64,000 bases of DNA from Eubacteriales bacterium (GCA_045603745.1 JAZUMQ010000049.1:64743-128742); one strand, 5' to 3'. Shown: positions 1-10,789, counted from the stretch's first letter. Translations and numbers: made by a program. Notes: generated by a model from the letters alone, not told the origin.

Positions 1-342
1 CTTGACGCGCATAAGTACTTCTCGGGGACTGAAAGGCTTGATAACGTAGTCGTCCGCACCGATGTCCAAACCGAGGATACGTTCCTGTTCTTCCGCCTTT
101 GCGGAGATGATGATAATGGGAACATTGGAAGTTTGACGAATTTGCTTACAAACGTCGAAGCCGTTGATCTTAGGCATCATGACGTCAAGCAGAATCAGGG
201 ACGGATTGCGTTCCTTAAAAAACTTAAGGGCTTGTTCTCCGTCGTAGGCGCAAATGTACTGATAGCCTTCCTTTTGCGCGTAGATTTTCAGCAGATCGAC
301 GATTTCCTTATTATCATCGGCGATCAGAATGGTTTTTTCCAT
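1..342 (-). CDS. Response regulator, receiver domain (N-terminal part; gene runs off the left edge)
   Basis: Minus-strand translation from ATG (340-342) gives MEKTILIADDNKEIVDLLKIYAQKEGYQYICAYDGEQALKFFKERNPSLILLDVMMPKINGFDVCKQIR...GADDYVIKPFSPREVLMRVK. This is a CheY-like receiver with an OmpR/PhoB-style DDYxxKPF motif. SD GGAGGGA lies upstream and the frame is open to position 1. Confidence 0.8.
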   Translation of the reverse strand, partial: MEKTILIADDNKEIVDLLKIYAQKEGYQYICAYDGEQALKFFKERNPSLILLDVMMPKINGFDVCKQIRQTSNVPIIIISAKAEEQERILGLDIGADDYVIKPFSPREVLMRVK

Positions 343-385
343 GAATTTCATTCCCTCCGGGATCTTTTTTATCCGTGTCGGAATA

Positions 386-414
386 AGTATATCACATTTT
401 GCAGACTTTGTCAA
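386..414 (-). promoter_or_regulatory. Candidate sigma-A promoter of the response regulator gene
   Basis: Minus strand reads TTGACA (409-414), a 17-nt spacer, then TATACT (386-391), about 45 nt upstream of the ATG. Confidence 0.45.
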
Positions 415-775
415 GAAGCAGACAAAATTTCAATAAAAAAAGGACACATTTTTCAATTTTGTAACATTTGCGTTTCAAATTCAACACATTATCCCTGCTA
501 TTTTTCCCGATAAATATTGTAAAACAGAGGCTTTTTTATGACGGAATTGAAAATTGAAAAAAAAATGCGACAGAGATATTTCAAAGTTGTTACAAGAAAA
601 AACCGTTGAAATTATTGCATTTTTTCAAATTTCACGGAACAAAAAGCGGATAAAAAAGGATCAAAAAGGCGGCAAAATTGCTACAAATCTGTTTCCATTC
701 CCATAATAATCTTGAAAAATGCCACATTTTTCGGTGCAAAAAAAGAACTTTTTATGAATTATCCCGTCTCCCCTA

Positions 776-804
776 TTGTCATTCTTACGGTTCTATGATA
801 TAAT
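776..804 (+). promoter_or_regulatory. Candidate promoter of asnS
   Basis: TTGTCA (776-781), 17-nt spacer, extended -10 TGaTATAAT (796-804), 47 nt upstream of the asnS ATG. Confidence 0.55.
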
Positions 805-850
805 AGTATATTATATTTATAAGCAATCGCAAAAAGGATGGAATATAAGT

Positions 851-2245
851 ATGAAACGGACTTTTATCAACGAATTGTTCGCCTCTCCGGAATCCTACAC
901 GGAACAAACCGTAAAGGTTTGTGGCTGGGTACGGACGTTAAGAGACTCCAAGGCCTTCGGCTTTATCGAACTGAACGACGGATCCTATTTCAACGGGGTT
1001 CAGATCGTTCTGGAAGAAGCGAATCTGGACAACTATAAAGAGATCGTCAAACTGAACGTTGGATCTGCGGTGGAAGTGGAAGGAAAATTTGTCCTGACCC
1101 CCGACATGAAACAACCCTTTGAAATCAAAGCGATCTGTGTCACCGTAGCCGGGGCTTCCACACCGGACTATCCCCTGCAGAAAAAACGCCATTCTCCGGA
1201 ATTTCTGCGCAGCATTGCTCATCTGCGTCCCCGGACGAACCTTTACTCTGCCGCATTCCGGGTTCGCTCCGTTGCCGCGTACGCCATTCATCGCTTTTTC
1301 CAAGACAAGGGATTTGTTTACGTAAATACCCCCATCATCACCGGAAGTGACTGCGAAGGTGCGGGCGAAATGTTCCGTATCACCACCTTGGATATGGAAA
1401 ATCTTCCCAAAAAGGAAGACGGTACCGTAGACTATTCCCAAGACTTTTTTGGGAAATCTACCAACTTGACCGTCTCCGGACAATTGGAAGCAGAATGCTT
1501 TGCCATGGCCTTTGATAAGGTTTATACCTTCGGCCCCACCTTCCGTGCGGAAAATTCCAACACTGCTCGCCACGCGGCGGAATTCTGGATGATCGAGCCG
1601 GAAATTGCCTTTGCGGATCTGAAAGACGATATGGACTTGGCAGAAGAAATGATCAAATACGTCATTCGGTACGTCATGGACAAATGTGCCGCCGATCTGG
1701 AATTTTTCAATTTGAGAGTCGACAACGGTCTTTTGGAACGGCTGACCAATCTGGTCAACGCGGATTTTAAGCGGGTCACCTACACCGAAGCGGTGGAATT
1801 GCTGGAAAAATCCGGTCATAAATTTGATTATCCCGTTTCTTGGGGTTGCGACCTGCAAACCGAACACGAACGGTATCTGACCGAAGAGATTTTCAAATCC
1901 CCCGTATTTCTTACCGATTATCCGAAAGAGATTAAAGCCTTCTATATGCGCCTTAACGACGACGGGAAGACCGTTGCCGCCACCGACCTTTTGGTTCCCG
2001 GTGTTGGAGAAATCATCGGAGGAAGCCAACGTGAAGAACGTTTGGACGTCTTGTTGGAACGTATGAAGGAACTGGGACTGAACGAAGAAGACTACTGGTG
2101 GTATCTGGATCTTCGCCGCTACGGTGGCACAAAGCACGCCGGATTCGGCTTGGGATTTGAACGGCTCATCATGTATCTGACGGGCATTTCCAATATCCGC
2201 GACGCCATTCCCTTCCCCCGTACCGTAGGAACCGCCGAATTTTAA
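851..2245 (+). CDS. asnS: Asparagine--tRNA ligase
   Basis: Track ORF 776..2245. I start it at ATG 851 ([10 protein letters not shown]...) because the upstream part overlaps the promoter. Class IIb aaRS hallmarks are present ([38 protein letters not shown]). Confidence 0.95.
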   Translation: MKRTFINELFASPESYTEQTVKVCGWVRTLRDSKAFGFIELNDGSYFNGVQIVLEEANLDNYKEIVKLNVGSAVEVEGKFVLTPDMKQPFEIKAICVTVAGASTPDYPLQKKRHSPEFLRSIAHLRPRTNLYSAAFRVRSVAAYAIHRFFQDKGFVYVNTPIITGSDCEGAGEMFRITTLDMENLPKKEDGTVDYSQDFFGKSTNLTVSGQLEAECFAMAFDKVYTFGPTFRAENSNTARHAAEFWMIEPEIAFADLKDDMDLAEEMIKYVIRYVMDKCAADLEFFNLRVDNGLLERLTNLVNADFKRVTYTEAVELLEKSGHKFDYPVSWGCDLQTEHERYLTEEIFKSPVFLTDYPKEIKAFYMRLNDDGKTVAATDLLVPGVGEIIGGSQREERLDVLLERMKELGLNEEDYWWYLDLRRYGGTKHAGFGLGFERLIMYLTGISNIRDAIPFPRTVGTAEF

Positions 2246-2275
2246 TTTTACCCCATCTGAAAGGAAAAACCCTGT

Positions 2276-3544
2276 ATGATTTCCGATTTTACAAAAGAAG
2301 AATGGTCTGCCGTCTATCGGGCGGCAAAAGACGAATATAACACCTATTGCACCGAAGATCTGAACCTGGATATGTCCCGGGGCAAACCTTCCTCCGACCA
2401 ATTAGACGTAACCGAAGGACTTTTGGACACGTTAAAAACCTGTGTAGATTGCTACGGAGAAGAAGGAGATTACCGCAACTACGGAATTCTTAACGGCATT
2501 CCCGAAGCCCGCAGATTATTCGCAGAACTGTTTGAAGTGGATCCGGAGAACGTAGTGGTAGGCGGAAACTCCAGTCTGAACATGATGTACGATACGATCG
2601 TTACCGCCATGCTCTTCGGGGTTCCCGGCTCGGTGCGACCCTGGTGCAGAGAAGACAAAGTTCGCTGGCTCTGCCCTGCTCCCGGATACGACCGTCACTT
2701 TTCCGTTTGTGAAAGTCTCGGCATCGAAATGATTCCCATCGAAATGAAAGAAGACGGCCCCGATATGGATAAAATCGAGGCCATCTGTTCGGAACACAAC
2801 TGCGTGAAAGGAATGTGGTGTGTTCCCAAATACAGCAATCCCGAAGGGAAAACCTATTCCGATGAAGTTGTGCGTCGGCTGGCAAAGATGAAAGCCGCCC
2901 CGGACTTCCGTATTTATTGGGATAATGCCTACATTGTTCACGATCTGACCGACACCCCGGACCAACTGCTGAATCTGTTTGACGAATGTGTCAAGGCAGG
3001 AAATCCGAACCGGGCGTTGATGTTTACCTCTACCTCCAAGATTTCCTTCCCCGGTGCCGGGGTTGCCGCCATGGCCGCGTCCAAGGCGAACATTAAGGCA
3101 CTGAACGCCGTCAAGACTTATCAAACCATTGGTCCGGATAAGTTGAATCAGTTGCGTCACGTCCGTTATTTTAAGAATAAGCAGGGCATCGTGGATCACA
3201 TGAAGCGCCACGCGGAATATCTGCGTCCTCAATTTGAGATTGCTCTGAAAGAAATGAACGAACAGTTAGCCCCCGACGGATACGCTCAATGGACCGTTCC
3301 CAACGGTGGATATTTCCTGTCCGTGGATTTAATCGACGGCTGTGCAAAGCGGGTAGAAGAATTGATGAGCAAAGCCGGGGTCAAGATTACCCCTGCCGGA
3401 TCTTCTTTCCCCTATCATCACGATCCCAGAGATCGGAATCTCCGCATTGCTCCCACCTATCCCCCCATCGAGGAACTGAAAACCTGCATTAAACTGCTCT
3501 GCGTCTGTATTAAACTGGCGACGGCGGAACATTACTTAAAATGA
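2276..3544 (+). CDS. PLP-dependent aminotransferase, class I/II fold (aspartate-aminotransferase-like)
   Basis: 422-aa ORF with an SD (GAAAGGAAAA) and a layout typical of fold-type I aminotransferases (SRGKPS..., ...SKISFPGAGVA). Confidence 0.8.
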   Translation: MISDFTKEEWSAVYRAAKDEYNTYCTEDLNLDMSRGKPSSDQLDVTEGLLDTLKTCVDCYGEEGDYRNYGILNGIPEARRLFAELFEVDPENVVVGGNSSLNMMYDTIVTAMLFGVPGSVRPWCREDKVRWLCPAPGYDRHFSVCESLGIEMIPIEMKEDGPDMDKIEAICSEHNCVKGMWCVPKYSNPEGKTYSDEVVRRLAKMKAAPDFRIYWDNAYIVHDLTDTPDQLLNLFDECVKAGNPNRALMFTSTSKISFPGAGVAAMAASKANIKALNAVKTYQTIGPDKLNQLRHVRYFKNKQGIVDHMKRHAEYLRPQFEIALKEMNEQLAPDGYAQWTVPNGGYFLSVDLIDGCAKRVEELMSKAGVKITPAGSSFPYHHDPRDRNLRIAPTYPPIEELKTCIKLLCVCIKLATAEHYLK

Positions 3545-3552
3545 TAAGAAAA

Positions 3553-3580
3553 ACGGATTGGAGAAAACACTCCAATCCGT
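3553..3580. terminator. Hairpin between convergent genes
   Basis: ACGGATTGGAG-aaaaca-CTCCAATCCGT, an 11-bp perfect stem between the aminotransferase (+) and the U32 gene (-). An A-run lies on the left side. Confidence 0.5.
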
Positions 3581-3584
3581 GTAC

Positions 3585-5537
3585 TTAAAATTTTCCTCGT
3601 GTCATACCGGAAGCCGGGGGAATTCCCTTTCGATAAGAAGTGAGAACCTCCGTAATCTGCTCCGGCGTTTCGTCGGTAAACAAAAACCGATGAAAGCCGA
3701 GCCCGTCAATGGGTTTGTCTGCAAGCCACAGGCGGTCGGCGTTCCACAATTCGTTGCGACAGCCGAAGGCACAGGTCAAAAGGAACTCTTTCCCGATCCG
3801 GTCAGTCAACTTCTCGGTTTTTCCGTGATGCGCTTTCAAGCAATTGCGGAAGATCATAAACGGCAACCGTCCGTAGACGATCATTCCGGTGCGTGGGGTG
3901 GTCATATCCCGGAGTTGCGCGCCGTTCAACTCAAAGGACAGGGTGACGTCTTTTAAACCCTTTGCCAAGAACTCGTCCCGCGTGACGGGATTGTAAATAT
4001 TCAATCCGAAATCTCCGTGGGTCGTGAGAGAATGGGCAAAGCAAAAGGGCAAATGCCCGACGTTTCCGCACAAGGCGTGAGTAACCCCCGCTTCTTTCCA
4101 AGCGAGAACCAAACGTTCTGCCTGTTGTTTTTCGTCTTCCCGCAAAATTCGAGGAAAGACGAAGCCAACTTTATCGGAATACTTTTCAATAATTTTAGGG
4201 TGGTCTTTGATCGCTGTCAAGGGCAACCAAAGGAAATCAAGATCCACGTTCTCCGGGATTCGTTCGGGATAGAGGAAAACACCTTCCCTCCGCCCGGAAA
4301 AAGGCTGGGCTTTCTCATGAGAGACCGGAAGGTCTTTCCAAGAATGAGAAACCATGCAACGCATTTGCGTAAGCCGGTCGATCAAATCCCGCCGTAACGC
4401 TTTGACGGCAGAAGCGGGAACAAAGGAATTTTCCGGAAAACAAGCGGTAAAGGAGTTGAGATAATACGCCGTATTTCCCAAAGCGCCGAAGGCATCTCGG
4501 ATCTCGTCTTCCGTAGTGGCACGATTCCGAGCAACGGAAACCGGCAAACACCCTTCCGCGGAATAAGAACCACAGACGGCGGTACAGAGCAACTGATCCC
4601 CCGATGGGTGAATGGAAACGTCCAGACCGAGACGAGGATATTCTTTCTTAGAAATATCGACACGGTTGACCGTCTCGCTCCGAGTACCGAACATGGACGA
4701 GCCGATTTTATCGGTATAATAGCCGTCGGTAAATCCGGAACGACTGAAAACGCCGGCAAGATACGCCTCGGTTTCGGGAGTATATTCCTCTCCCCTTTTG
4801 GCGGCGGCGTAGGCTCCGGTGATGGCGGCTACGTATTCCGGGGATTTCATGCGTCCTTCGATTTTCAAAGACGCGATTCCCATCTCTTCCAATTCGTTAT
4901 AATATTTCAACAGACATAAATCTTTCAAACTCAGCCGATACCCGCCCTGATAGGGCAAACGGCAAGGCTGAGCACATTCCCCTCGGTTTCCGGATCGTCC
5001 GCCGATGAGGGAACTCATATAACATTGCCCGCTGTAACACATACACAAAGCGCCGTGTCCGAAAATTTCCAATTCCAAAGGGGAACGGACTGCCATATAT
5101 TCCAGTTCTTTGCGGGACACTTCCCGGGATAAGACAACCCGATCAAATCCCATTTGCTGGGCAAACAGAATGCCGTCCAGATTGTGGACGGTTAACTGGG
5201 TGGAAGCGTGCAAAGGAATATCGGAACGCTTTTTCAATTCCGCCGCAAGGCCCACGTCCTGAACGATCAGCGCATCGACTCCGGCGGCAATCAGTTTTTC
5301 CGCCGTAGCAAGGGCGGTCGGCACTTCCCGTTGAGAAATCAACGTATTCAACGTAGCGTGACAGGAAACGCCCCGAGTGTGGCAGTAGCGAATTTGATCT
5401 TCCAGTATATCGTCGGAAAAGTTCGACGCATTCATTCGGGCGTTAAAGGACGACGCCCCGAAATAAACCGCATCTGCCCCCGACAATACGGCTGCTTTTA
5501 ACGACTCCGGCGAACCTGCGGGAGATAAGATCTCCAT
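3585..5537 (-). CDS. Peptidase U32 family protein (collagenase-like / RNA hydroxylation family)
   Basis: 650-aa ORF. N-terminus MEILSPAGSPESLKAAVLSGADAVYFG and the motif EIFGHGALCMCYSGQCYMSS are typical of the U32 family. Confidence 0.9.
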   Translation of the reverse strand: MEILSPAGSPESLKAAVLSGADAVYFGASSFNARMNASNFSDDILEDQIRYCHTRGVSCHATLNTLISQREVPTALATAEKLIAAGVDALIVQDVGLAAELKKRSDIPLHASTQLTVHNLDGILFAQQMGFDRVVLSREVSRKELEYMAVRSPLELEIFGHGALCMCYSGQCYMSSLIGGRSGNRGECAQPCRLPYQGGYRLSLKDLCLLKYYNELEEMGIASLKIEGRMKSPEYVAAITGAYAAAKRGEEYTPETEAYLAGVFSRSGFTDGYYTDKIGSSMFGTRSETVNRVDISKKEYPRLGLDVSIHPSGDQLLCTAVCGSYSAEGCLPVSVARNRATTEDEIRDAFGALGNTAYYLNSFTACFPENSFVPASAVKALRRDLIDRLTQMRCMVSHSWKDLPVSHEKAQPFSGRREGVFLYPERIPENVDLDFLWLPLTAIKDHPKIIEKYSDKVGFVFPRILREDEKQQAERLVLAWKEAGVTHALCGNVGHLPFCFAHSLTTHGDFGLNIYNPVTRDEFLAKGLKDVTLSFELNGAQLRDMTTPRTGMIVYGRLPFMIFRNCLKAHHGKTEKLTDRIGKEFLLTCAFGCRNELWNADRLWLADKPIDGLGFHRFLFTDETPEQITEVLTSYRKGIPPASGMTRGKF

Positions 5538-5544
5538 AACTCTG

Positions 5545-5844
5545 TTACTCCCCGGCTTTCAGCGCCGCAATCTCTTTTTTCGCCTCTGCCAATTGCATTT
5601 TGAGGGAAGTGACTTTGGCACGCTGTTTTTCCAATTTTTCTTTCAACTGACGGTTTTCATCACAGAAGTCCATGCAGGTGAGAAGAATGGAATTGATCTT
5701 CGGTGCTCCCTTATTTCCCTGCTCAAACTGCGCAATGCGACGGTTGACTGCTTTGACGATAGACGTGGTTTCCGCTTCGGTCTCGCTGGAATACAGTTTG
5801 ACGTCAATGCCACCCACGTTTACGGTATAAATGGTATCTGCCAT
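5545..5844 (-). CDS. zapA: Cell division protein ZapA-like
   Basis: Starts at internal ATG 5842-5844 (MADTIYTVNVGGIDVKLYS...) behind SD AAGGGGG. About 99 aa with a C-terminal coiled coil, which is ZapA-like. Confidence 0.7.
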   Translation of the reverse strand: MADTIYTVNVGGIDVKLYSSETEAETTSIVKAVNRRIAQFEQGNKGAPKINSILLTCMDFCDENRQLKEKLEKQRAKVTSLKMQLAEAKKEIAALKAGE

Positions 5845-6026
5845 AAAAAAATACCCCCTTTGAGGTTTCAAAAAACAATACTTACCTTATTATCATAACA
5901 TATTTGAATGAAAAAAGCAAGAGGACGAGGCAAAATATACCGAATCGGTATTTGAATTCCGCAAATTCCTTCACCGAAAGGTGCAGATCACGATAACTGC
6001 CACAAAAAAAGAAAGGAAGTCCACAC

Positions 6027-8597
6027 ATGGCAACCAAGAAAAAGACAACAGCAAAACCTTCCACGACAAAGAAAACATCTTCCGGATCCCATAAGCCGGA
6101 AACAAAGCGAAAGGTTACGGAAAAGCAACCGGAAAAGAAAACGATGGATCGGGGGTTAAAAAATACCCTTTTGGGAATTATTTTTCTTGCCCTTTCTCTG
6201 ATTACTTTTTTGAGTTTCTTTGACGGCGTGATGGGAGTCGTCGGAAAAGGATTGAAGATTGCCATGTCCTGGGCAATGGGCGCGTTGGCGGCGGGAATTC
6301 CTGTGGTATTCCTGATCCTTGCCATCACGCGTATTGTAGACAAAAACACTGCCATGACCAAACGAGCCTGGTGCATCGTGGGGCTTTACGGTGTGGTTTC
6401 CGCTTTGTGGTCTGCCATTGCGGTGGACTTGAACGGCATGGGGTTGACCGATTATCTGGTCACGCTGGCACATAAAGGCCTGGAAATGCGTGGGGGAGGT
6501 ACCTTGACAGGGATCGTATCTTGGTGTTTCCTGTCTCTGTTCAATAAGATCGGAACAATCATCGTGTTCATCGTTATTATTCTTATTTTGTTGGTAATTA
6601 TCAGCGGAGTAACCTTCTCCAGTCTTTTTGACCGCAACGAAGAGGAAGAAACGAACGAAAAAGAAAAGACGGAATCGGTTCAGATTCCCCTCTTCCCTTT
6701 CCGAAAAAAGAAAGAGGAAAAGACCGAAGAAGAACCGGAAACCGTATCTACGGGAAGAACCCGGAAATTTGAGATTCCCACCATTGACGCCGACGAAACG
6801 CTGACCCCAGCAGACCGCCGACGTATGCAGGAACAACAACGGCAACGGGAAGCGAAGATGGGCGTTTCTTCCGAAGAACCTTCCAAAAAAGGCGTAGTTC
6901 TCTCTTCCGAATTGATCGATTCCTATCAGACCCCCGCAGAAATCGAAGCAAAAGCACAAGCGTTGATGGAACTGGAAAAACAAGCAAACCTGCCCCCGGA
7001 AGAAAAAATTTCCAAGGAAGAGATCCGCGCCGAAGCAGGTCAGATGGCGGCAGAAATTCAAAAGGAAGCGGAAAAAGAGATTCCTTACGTCTACCCTCCC
7101 CTCAGCCTTTTGACCTACAAACCCGATGAAAACGCCGCAAAATCCAAACAGGAATTGCAACAGACGGCAAAAAATCTGATGACGGCGTTGGAAAACTTCT
7201 CCGTAGACACTACCTATCTGGACGCGGTGCGGGGTCCTACCGTCACCCGATACGAATTACAACCCAATGCAGGGGTTAAAATTTCCAAGATCACCAATCT
7301 TGCCGACGATATTGCCCTGCATCTTGCGGCTTCCGGAGTTCGCATTGAAGCCCCCATTCCCGGACGGTCCGCCATCGGCATTGAAATTCCCAACAAGATT
7401 TCCAGCGTAGTTTATTTGAAAGAAACCATCTCCAGCGACGCATTCCGTTCCCACAAGAGCAATATTGCGGTAGCGTTGGGGAAAGATATTTCCGGACAAA
7501 ACGTTTGTATTGACTTGGCAAAGATGCCCCACTTACTGATTGCCGGTTCCACCGGTTCCGGTAAATCGGTTTGTATCAATACCCTGTTGATGAGTATTCT
7601 TTACAAATCCTCTCCCGAACAAGTCAAACTGATTTTGATTGACCCGAAAGTGGTGGAATTGAGCGTTTACAACGGAATTCCCCATTTACTGGTTCCCGTG
7701 GTGACCGAAGCGAAGAAAGCCGCCGGCGCGTTGCAATGGGCAGTGACGGAAATGATGCAACGGTATAAACTGTTTGCAGAGAAAAACGTCCGAAATTTCC
7801 AGGGTTACAATGAAAAAATTTCCGGAGATGAAAAGCCTTTGCCGCAGATCGTCATCGTTATCGACGAATTGGCAGATCTGATGATGGTCGCCCCCGGAGA
7901 AGTTGAAGATGCCATCTGCCGTCTGGCACAAATGGCACGGGCAGCGGGAATGCACTTAGTCATTGCAACCCAACGTCCTTCCGCTGACGTTCTGACCGGT
8001 CTGATCAAGGCAAACGTTCCCTCCCGCATTGCCTTTGCCGTATCTTCCGGCATCGACTCCCGCATTATTCTTGACCAAACCGGTGCGGAAAAACTCATTG
8101 GTCGCGGAGATATGCTTTACAATCCTTTGGGTTGTCCGAAACCTATGCGAATTCAGGGGTGCTTTGTTTCCGATAAGGAAATTGAAGACGTGGTCTCCTT
8201 TATCAAAAAACATACCGCCTCCGACGGAAATAGCGAAGAACAGTCCAAGATCATGGACGCCATTGAGAAAAATTCCAGAGAATCGGTAAAAGGCAATAAG
8301 AAGGGCATTACCGGTTCGATGGGTGGAACCGATGCGGACGGAGATTTTGTAGACGACGGAGACGACGTTCTGCTTCCGCGGGCAGTGGAACTGGTATTGA
8401 AAGCCGGTATGGCTTCGACGTCGGGGCTTCAACGATCCTTAGGTGTGGGGCATTCCCGTGCCGGACGGCTGATGGATCAAATGGAAAAGAAAGGGTATAT
8501 CGGACCCTATCAAGGCAGTAAGCCGAGAGACGTTCTGATTACCACCGATCAGTGGAATGAAATCCGCGCCACCCAAGGAGACATTACCGAAGCATGA
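6027..8597 (+). CDS. ftsK: DNA translocase FtsK/SpoIIIE
   Basis: 856 aa: N-terminal TM helices, an E/K-rich linker, Walker [10 protein letters not shown], Walker [13 protein letters not shown], and a C-terminal gamma winged-helix domain. Confidence 0.95.
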   Translation: MATKKKTTAKPSTTKKTSSGSHKPETKRKVTEKQPEKKTMDRGLKNTLLGIIFLALSLITFLSFFDGVMGVVGKGLKIAMSWAMGALAAGIPVVFLILAITRIVDKNTAMTKRAWCIVGLYGVVSALWSAIAVDLNGMGLTDYLVTLAHKGLEMRGGGTLTGIVSWCFLSLFNKIGTIIVFIVIILILLVIISGVTFSSLFDRNEEEETNEKEKTESVQIPLFPFRKKKEEKTEEEPETVSTGRTRKFEIPTIDADETLTPADRRRMQEQQRQREAKMGVSSEEPSKKGVVLSSELIDSYQTPAEIEAKAQALMELEKQANLPPEEKISKEEIRAEAGQMAAEIQKEAEKEIPYVYPPLSLLTYKPDENAAKSKQELQQTAKNLMTALENFSVDTTYLDAVRGPTVTRYELQPNAGVKISKITNLADDIALHLAASGVRIEAPIPGRSAIGIEIPNKISSVVYLKETISSDAFRSHKSNIAVALGKDISGQNVCIDLAKMPHLLIAGSTGSGKSVCINTLLMSILYKSSPEQVKLILIDPKVVELSVYNGIPHLLVPVVTEAKKAAGALQWAVTEMMQRYKLFAEKNVRNFQGYNEKISGDEKPLPQIVIVIDELADLMMVAPGEVEDAICRLAQMARAAGMHLVIATQRPSADVLTGLIKANVPSRIAFAVSSGIDSRIILDQTGAEKLIGRGDMLYNPLGCPKPMRIQGCFVSDKEIEDVVSFIKKHTASDGNSEEQSKIMDAIEKNSRESVKGNKKGITGSMGGTDADGDFVDDGDDVLLPRAVELVLKAGMASTSGLQRSLGVGHSRAGRLMDQMEKKGYIGPYQGSKPRDVLITTDQWNEIRATQGDITEA

Positions 8598-10360
8598 GCA
8601 AACAATATCCGGGGTTTCTCCCCATTTCCCGGGAAGAAATGATTGAAGAAGGCATCGAACAATTCGACTACATTTTAGTCACAGGCGACGCCTACGTAGA
8701 TCACCCTTCCTTCGGAACCGCAATCATTTCCCGACTGATAGAAGCCTTGGGGTACACCGTGGGTATTATTGCCCAACCCAAATGGAAGACCACGGAAGAT
8801 TTTACTCGGTTTGGAGCGCCGAAATACGCGTTTTTAGTCAATTCCGGGAATATTGACTCCATGGTCGCCCACTATACCGTGGCGCGAAATCGCCGTCACG
8901 ACGACGCCTATTCCCCCGGAAAACAAGCAGGATTGCGTCCCGATCGGGCGTTGATCGTCTATTGCAATAAAATTCGGGAAGTGTACAAAGAAATTCCCAT
9001 TGTCATCGGGGGATTGGAAGCATCTTTACGACGCTTTGCCCATTACGATTATTGGCAGAATGACGTGCGCCGTTCCATTTTGGAAGACACGTCGGCAAAT
9101 CTGCTTTCCTTCGGCATGGGGGAACGCTCCATGACCGAGATTGTTAATCGTTTGGCTTCCGGGGAGCCGGTGGCAAATTTGACCGACATTCCGGGGACTT
9201 GTTATATCACCCACGAATTACCGGAAAATGCGGTGGTCTGTCCTTCCTTTGAAGAAGTTCGCAAGGACAAAAAAGCATATGCCAGGGCAACCAAAATTCA
9301 ATACGACGAACAAGACCCTTATACCGGGCACATTTTAGCCCAAGGTCACTCTAAGCGCTGGCTGATTCAGAATCCGCCGGCAGAACCTTTGGAACGCGAG
9401 GGATTGGATCAGGTTTACGATCTGCCTTACACCCGGAAATATCACCCCATCTACGAATCTATGGGGGGTGTTCCGGCGATTTTGGAAGTGGAAAATTCCA
9501 TTATTCAAAACCGTGGGTGCTTCGGCGGTTGTAATTTCTGCGCCATTACCTTCCATCAAGGGAGAACGGTCACGTCACGAAGCAAAGACTCTATCGTCAA
9601 AGAGGCGGTGAAAATTACCGAATCTCCCAATTTTAAAGGATATATTCACGACGTTGGTGGCCCTACGGCGAATTTCCGTTTTGCGTCTTGCAGTAAAAAA
9701 TCTATGTGTAAAGATCGGAAATGTCTTGCCCCCGAACCCTGTAAAGCACTCAAGGTTTCCCATGAAGAATATCTGGATATTCTCCGCACCCTCCGAAAAC
9801 TGCCGAAAGTGAAAAAAGTCTTCGTCCGTTCCGGAATTCGGTACGACTATCTGATGTTGGACAAAGACGATGCATTTTTCCGAGATTTGGTACAACACCA
9901 TATCAGCGGTCAGTTGAAGGTGGCGCCGGAACACTGTTCCGATCGGGTGCTCAAATATATGGGAAAGCCCCCATTCCGCTATTACAAAGCATTTACCGAT
10001 AAATACCATCAATTAAATAAGGAATACAACAAGAAGCAATTTTTGGTTCCTTATCTCATGTCTTCCCACCCCGGTTGCACGTTGAAAGACGCCATTGAGC
10101 TGGCGTTGTATTTGAAAAAGATCAACTATCACCCGGAACAGGTACAGGACTTCTACCCCACTCCGGGAACGGTTTCCACCTGTATGTTCTACACCGGGTT
10201 GGATCCCTTCACCATGAAACCGGTCTACGTGCCGAGAACCTCCAAGGAAAAGGCGTATCAACGGGCGTTGTTGCAGTACCATATGCCCCAAAACCGGGGA
10301 TTGGTCAGGGAAGCGTTGATCAAAGCCGGACGGCAGGATTTGATTCGAGTATTAAAATGA
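8594..10360 (+). CDS. ygiQ: YgiQ family radical SAM protein (UPF0313)
   Basis: 588 aa with CFGGCNFC (radical-SAM CxxxCxxC) and the YgiQ N-terminus ([18 protein letters not shown]). ATGA overlap with ftsK. Confidence 0.9.
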   Translation: MSKQYPGFLPISREEMIEEGIEQFDYILVTGDAYVDHPSFGTAIISRLIEALGYTVGIIAQPKWKTTEDFTRFGAPKYAFLVNSGNIDSMVAHYTVARNRRHDDAYSPGKQAGLRPDRALIVYCNKIREVYKEIPIVIGGLEASLRRFAHYDYWQNDVRRSILEDTSANLLSFGMGERSMTEIVNRLASGEPVANLTDIPGTCYITHELPENAVVCPSFEEVRKDKKAYARATKIQYDEQDPYTGHILAQGHSKRWLIQNPPAEPLEREGLDQVYDLPYTRKYHPIYESMGGVPAILEVENSIIQNRGCFGGCNFCAITFHQGRTVTSRSKDSIVKEAVKITESPNFKGYIHDVGGPTANFRFASCSKKSMCKDRKCLAPEPCKALKVSHEEYLDILRTLRKLPKVKKVFVRSGIRYDYLMLDKDDAFFRDLVQHHISGQLKVAPEHCSDRVLKYMGKPPFRYYKAFTDKYHQLNKEYNKKQFLVPYLMSSHPGCTLKDAIELALYLKKINYHPEQVQDFYPTPGTVSTCMFYTGLDPFTMKPVYVPRTSKEKAYQRALLQYHMPQNRGLVREALIKAGRQDLIRVLK

Positions 10361-10366
10361 TCGAAG

Positions 10367-10396
10367 CGAGGCGACAAAAATTGTTGCCTCGTTTTT
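10367..10396 (+). terminator. Rho-independent terminator after ygiQ
   Basis: CGAGGCGACAA-aaa-TTGTTGCCTCG followed by TTTTT. Confidence 0.75.
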
Positions 10397-10489
10397 CTAT
10401 AAAATACCGATGAAACCCGTCCTAAATTGGATTGCCACAGAAGGCTTTCTTTAAATTGCGAAATAATTGTAAAATGTTCCGATACCCCC

Positions 10490-10518
10490 TTGCAAAAGGG
10501 TGAAAAGTGTGCTATAAT
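10490..10518 (+). promoter_or_regulatory. Promoter of tRNA-Pro
   Basis: TTGCAA (10490-10495), 17 nt, TGcTATAAT (-10 at 10513-10518), about 22 nt before the tRNA 5' end. Confidence 0.6.
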
Positions 10519-10540
10519 GTTTAGGTCTCAAATGAGAGAT

Positions 10541-10617
10541 CCGGGCGTAGCGCAGTTTGGTAGCGCGCTTGAATGGGGTTCAAGAGGCCGTGGGTTCGAC
10601 TCCCGCCGCTCGGACCA
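10541..10617 (+). tRNA. tRNA-Pro (anticodon GGG)
   Basis: Hand-folded cloverleaf. Acceptor CCGGGCG/CGCTCGG, D arm GCGC-AGTTTGGTA-GCGC, anticodon arm CTTGA-AT GGG GT-TCAAG, T arm GTGGG-TTCGACT-CCCGC, discriminator A, encoded CCA. Confidence 0.9.
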
Positions 10618-10622
10618 AAATG

Positions 10623-10660
10623 AAAATCCCGTCGACTTTTGTCGATGGGATTTTTGTTTT
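10623..10660 (+). terminator. Rho-independent terminator after tRNA-Pro
   Basis: AAAATCCCGTCGAC-tttt-GTCGATGGGATTTT followed by TGTTTT. Confidence 0.7.
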
Positions 10661-10662
10661 GC

Positions 10663-10761
10663 ATTATTCACTATTCATTTTTCATTATTCATCATTCATT
10701 TAACAGGATTTTCAATGAATAATGAAGAATGAAGTCGCTTCCCTGATGAATAATGAATAAT
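10663..10761. repeat. Inverted arrays of phased heptamers (ATTATTC)n / (GAATAAT)n with no gene inside
   Basis: Left array 10663-10697: ATTATTC ACTATTC ATTTTTC ATTATTC ATCATTC. Right arrays: 10717-10737 GAATAAT GAAGAAT GAAGTCG, and 10748-10761 GAATAAT GAATAAT. 18 of 20 positions pair across a 13-nt loop. Confidence 0.75.
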
Positions 10762-10789
10762 TGATTTCGTCTTAAGTTTCTGCTATAAT
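10761..10789 (+). promoter_or_regulatory. Promoter of hflX
   Basis: TTGATT (10761-10766), 17 nt, TGcTATAAT (-10 at 10784-10789). Confidence 0.55.

Noticed and set aside
133-513. 126-aa plus-strand ORF.
   Set aside because: Its first two thirds are antisense to the response-regulator receiver domain. The rest runs through AT-rich promoter DNA. It has no SD and no recognisable motif.
540-850. T-box leader upstream of asnS.
   Set aside because: There is no T-box sequence (AAnnnGGGTGGTACCGCG-like), no specifier stem and no terminator/antiterminator pair. The best promoter lies only 47 nt from the start codon.
10427-10732. 101-aa ORF overlapping tRNA-Pro, plus ORFs 52070..52339 (-) and the 52227 start overlapping tRNA-Leu.
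   Set aside because: They read through tRNA genes, promoters and terminators. The lipoprotein gene has a proper SD and signal peptide at ATG 52323.
10663-10761. Heptamer arrays here and at 24991-25025 / 25375-25409 as a CRISPR array or simple microsatellite.
   Set aside because: The repeat unit is only 7 nt with no spacers, and no cas genes are present. The arrays occur as inverted pairs, which microsatellite slippage alone does not explain.
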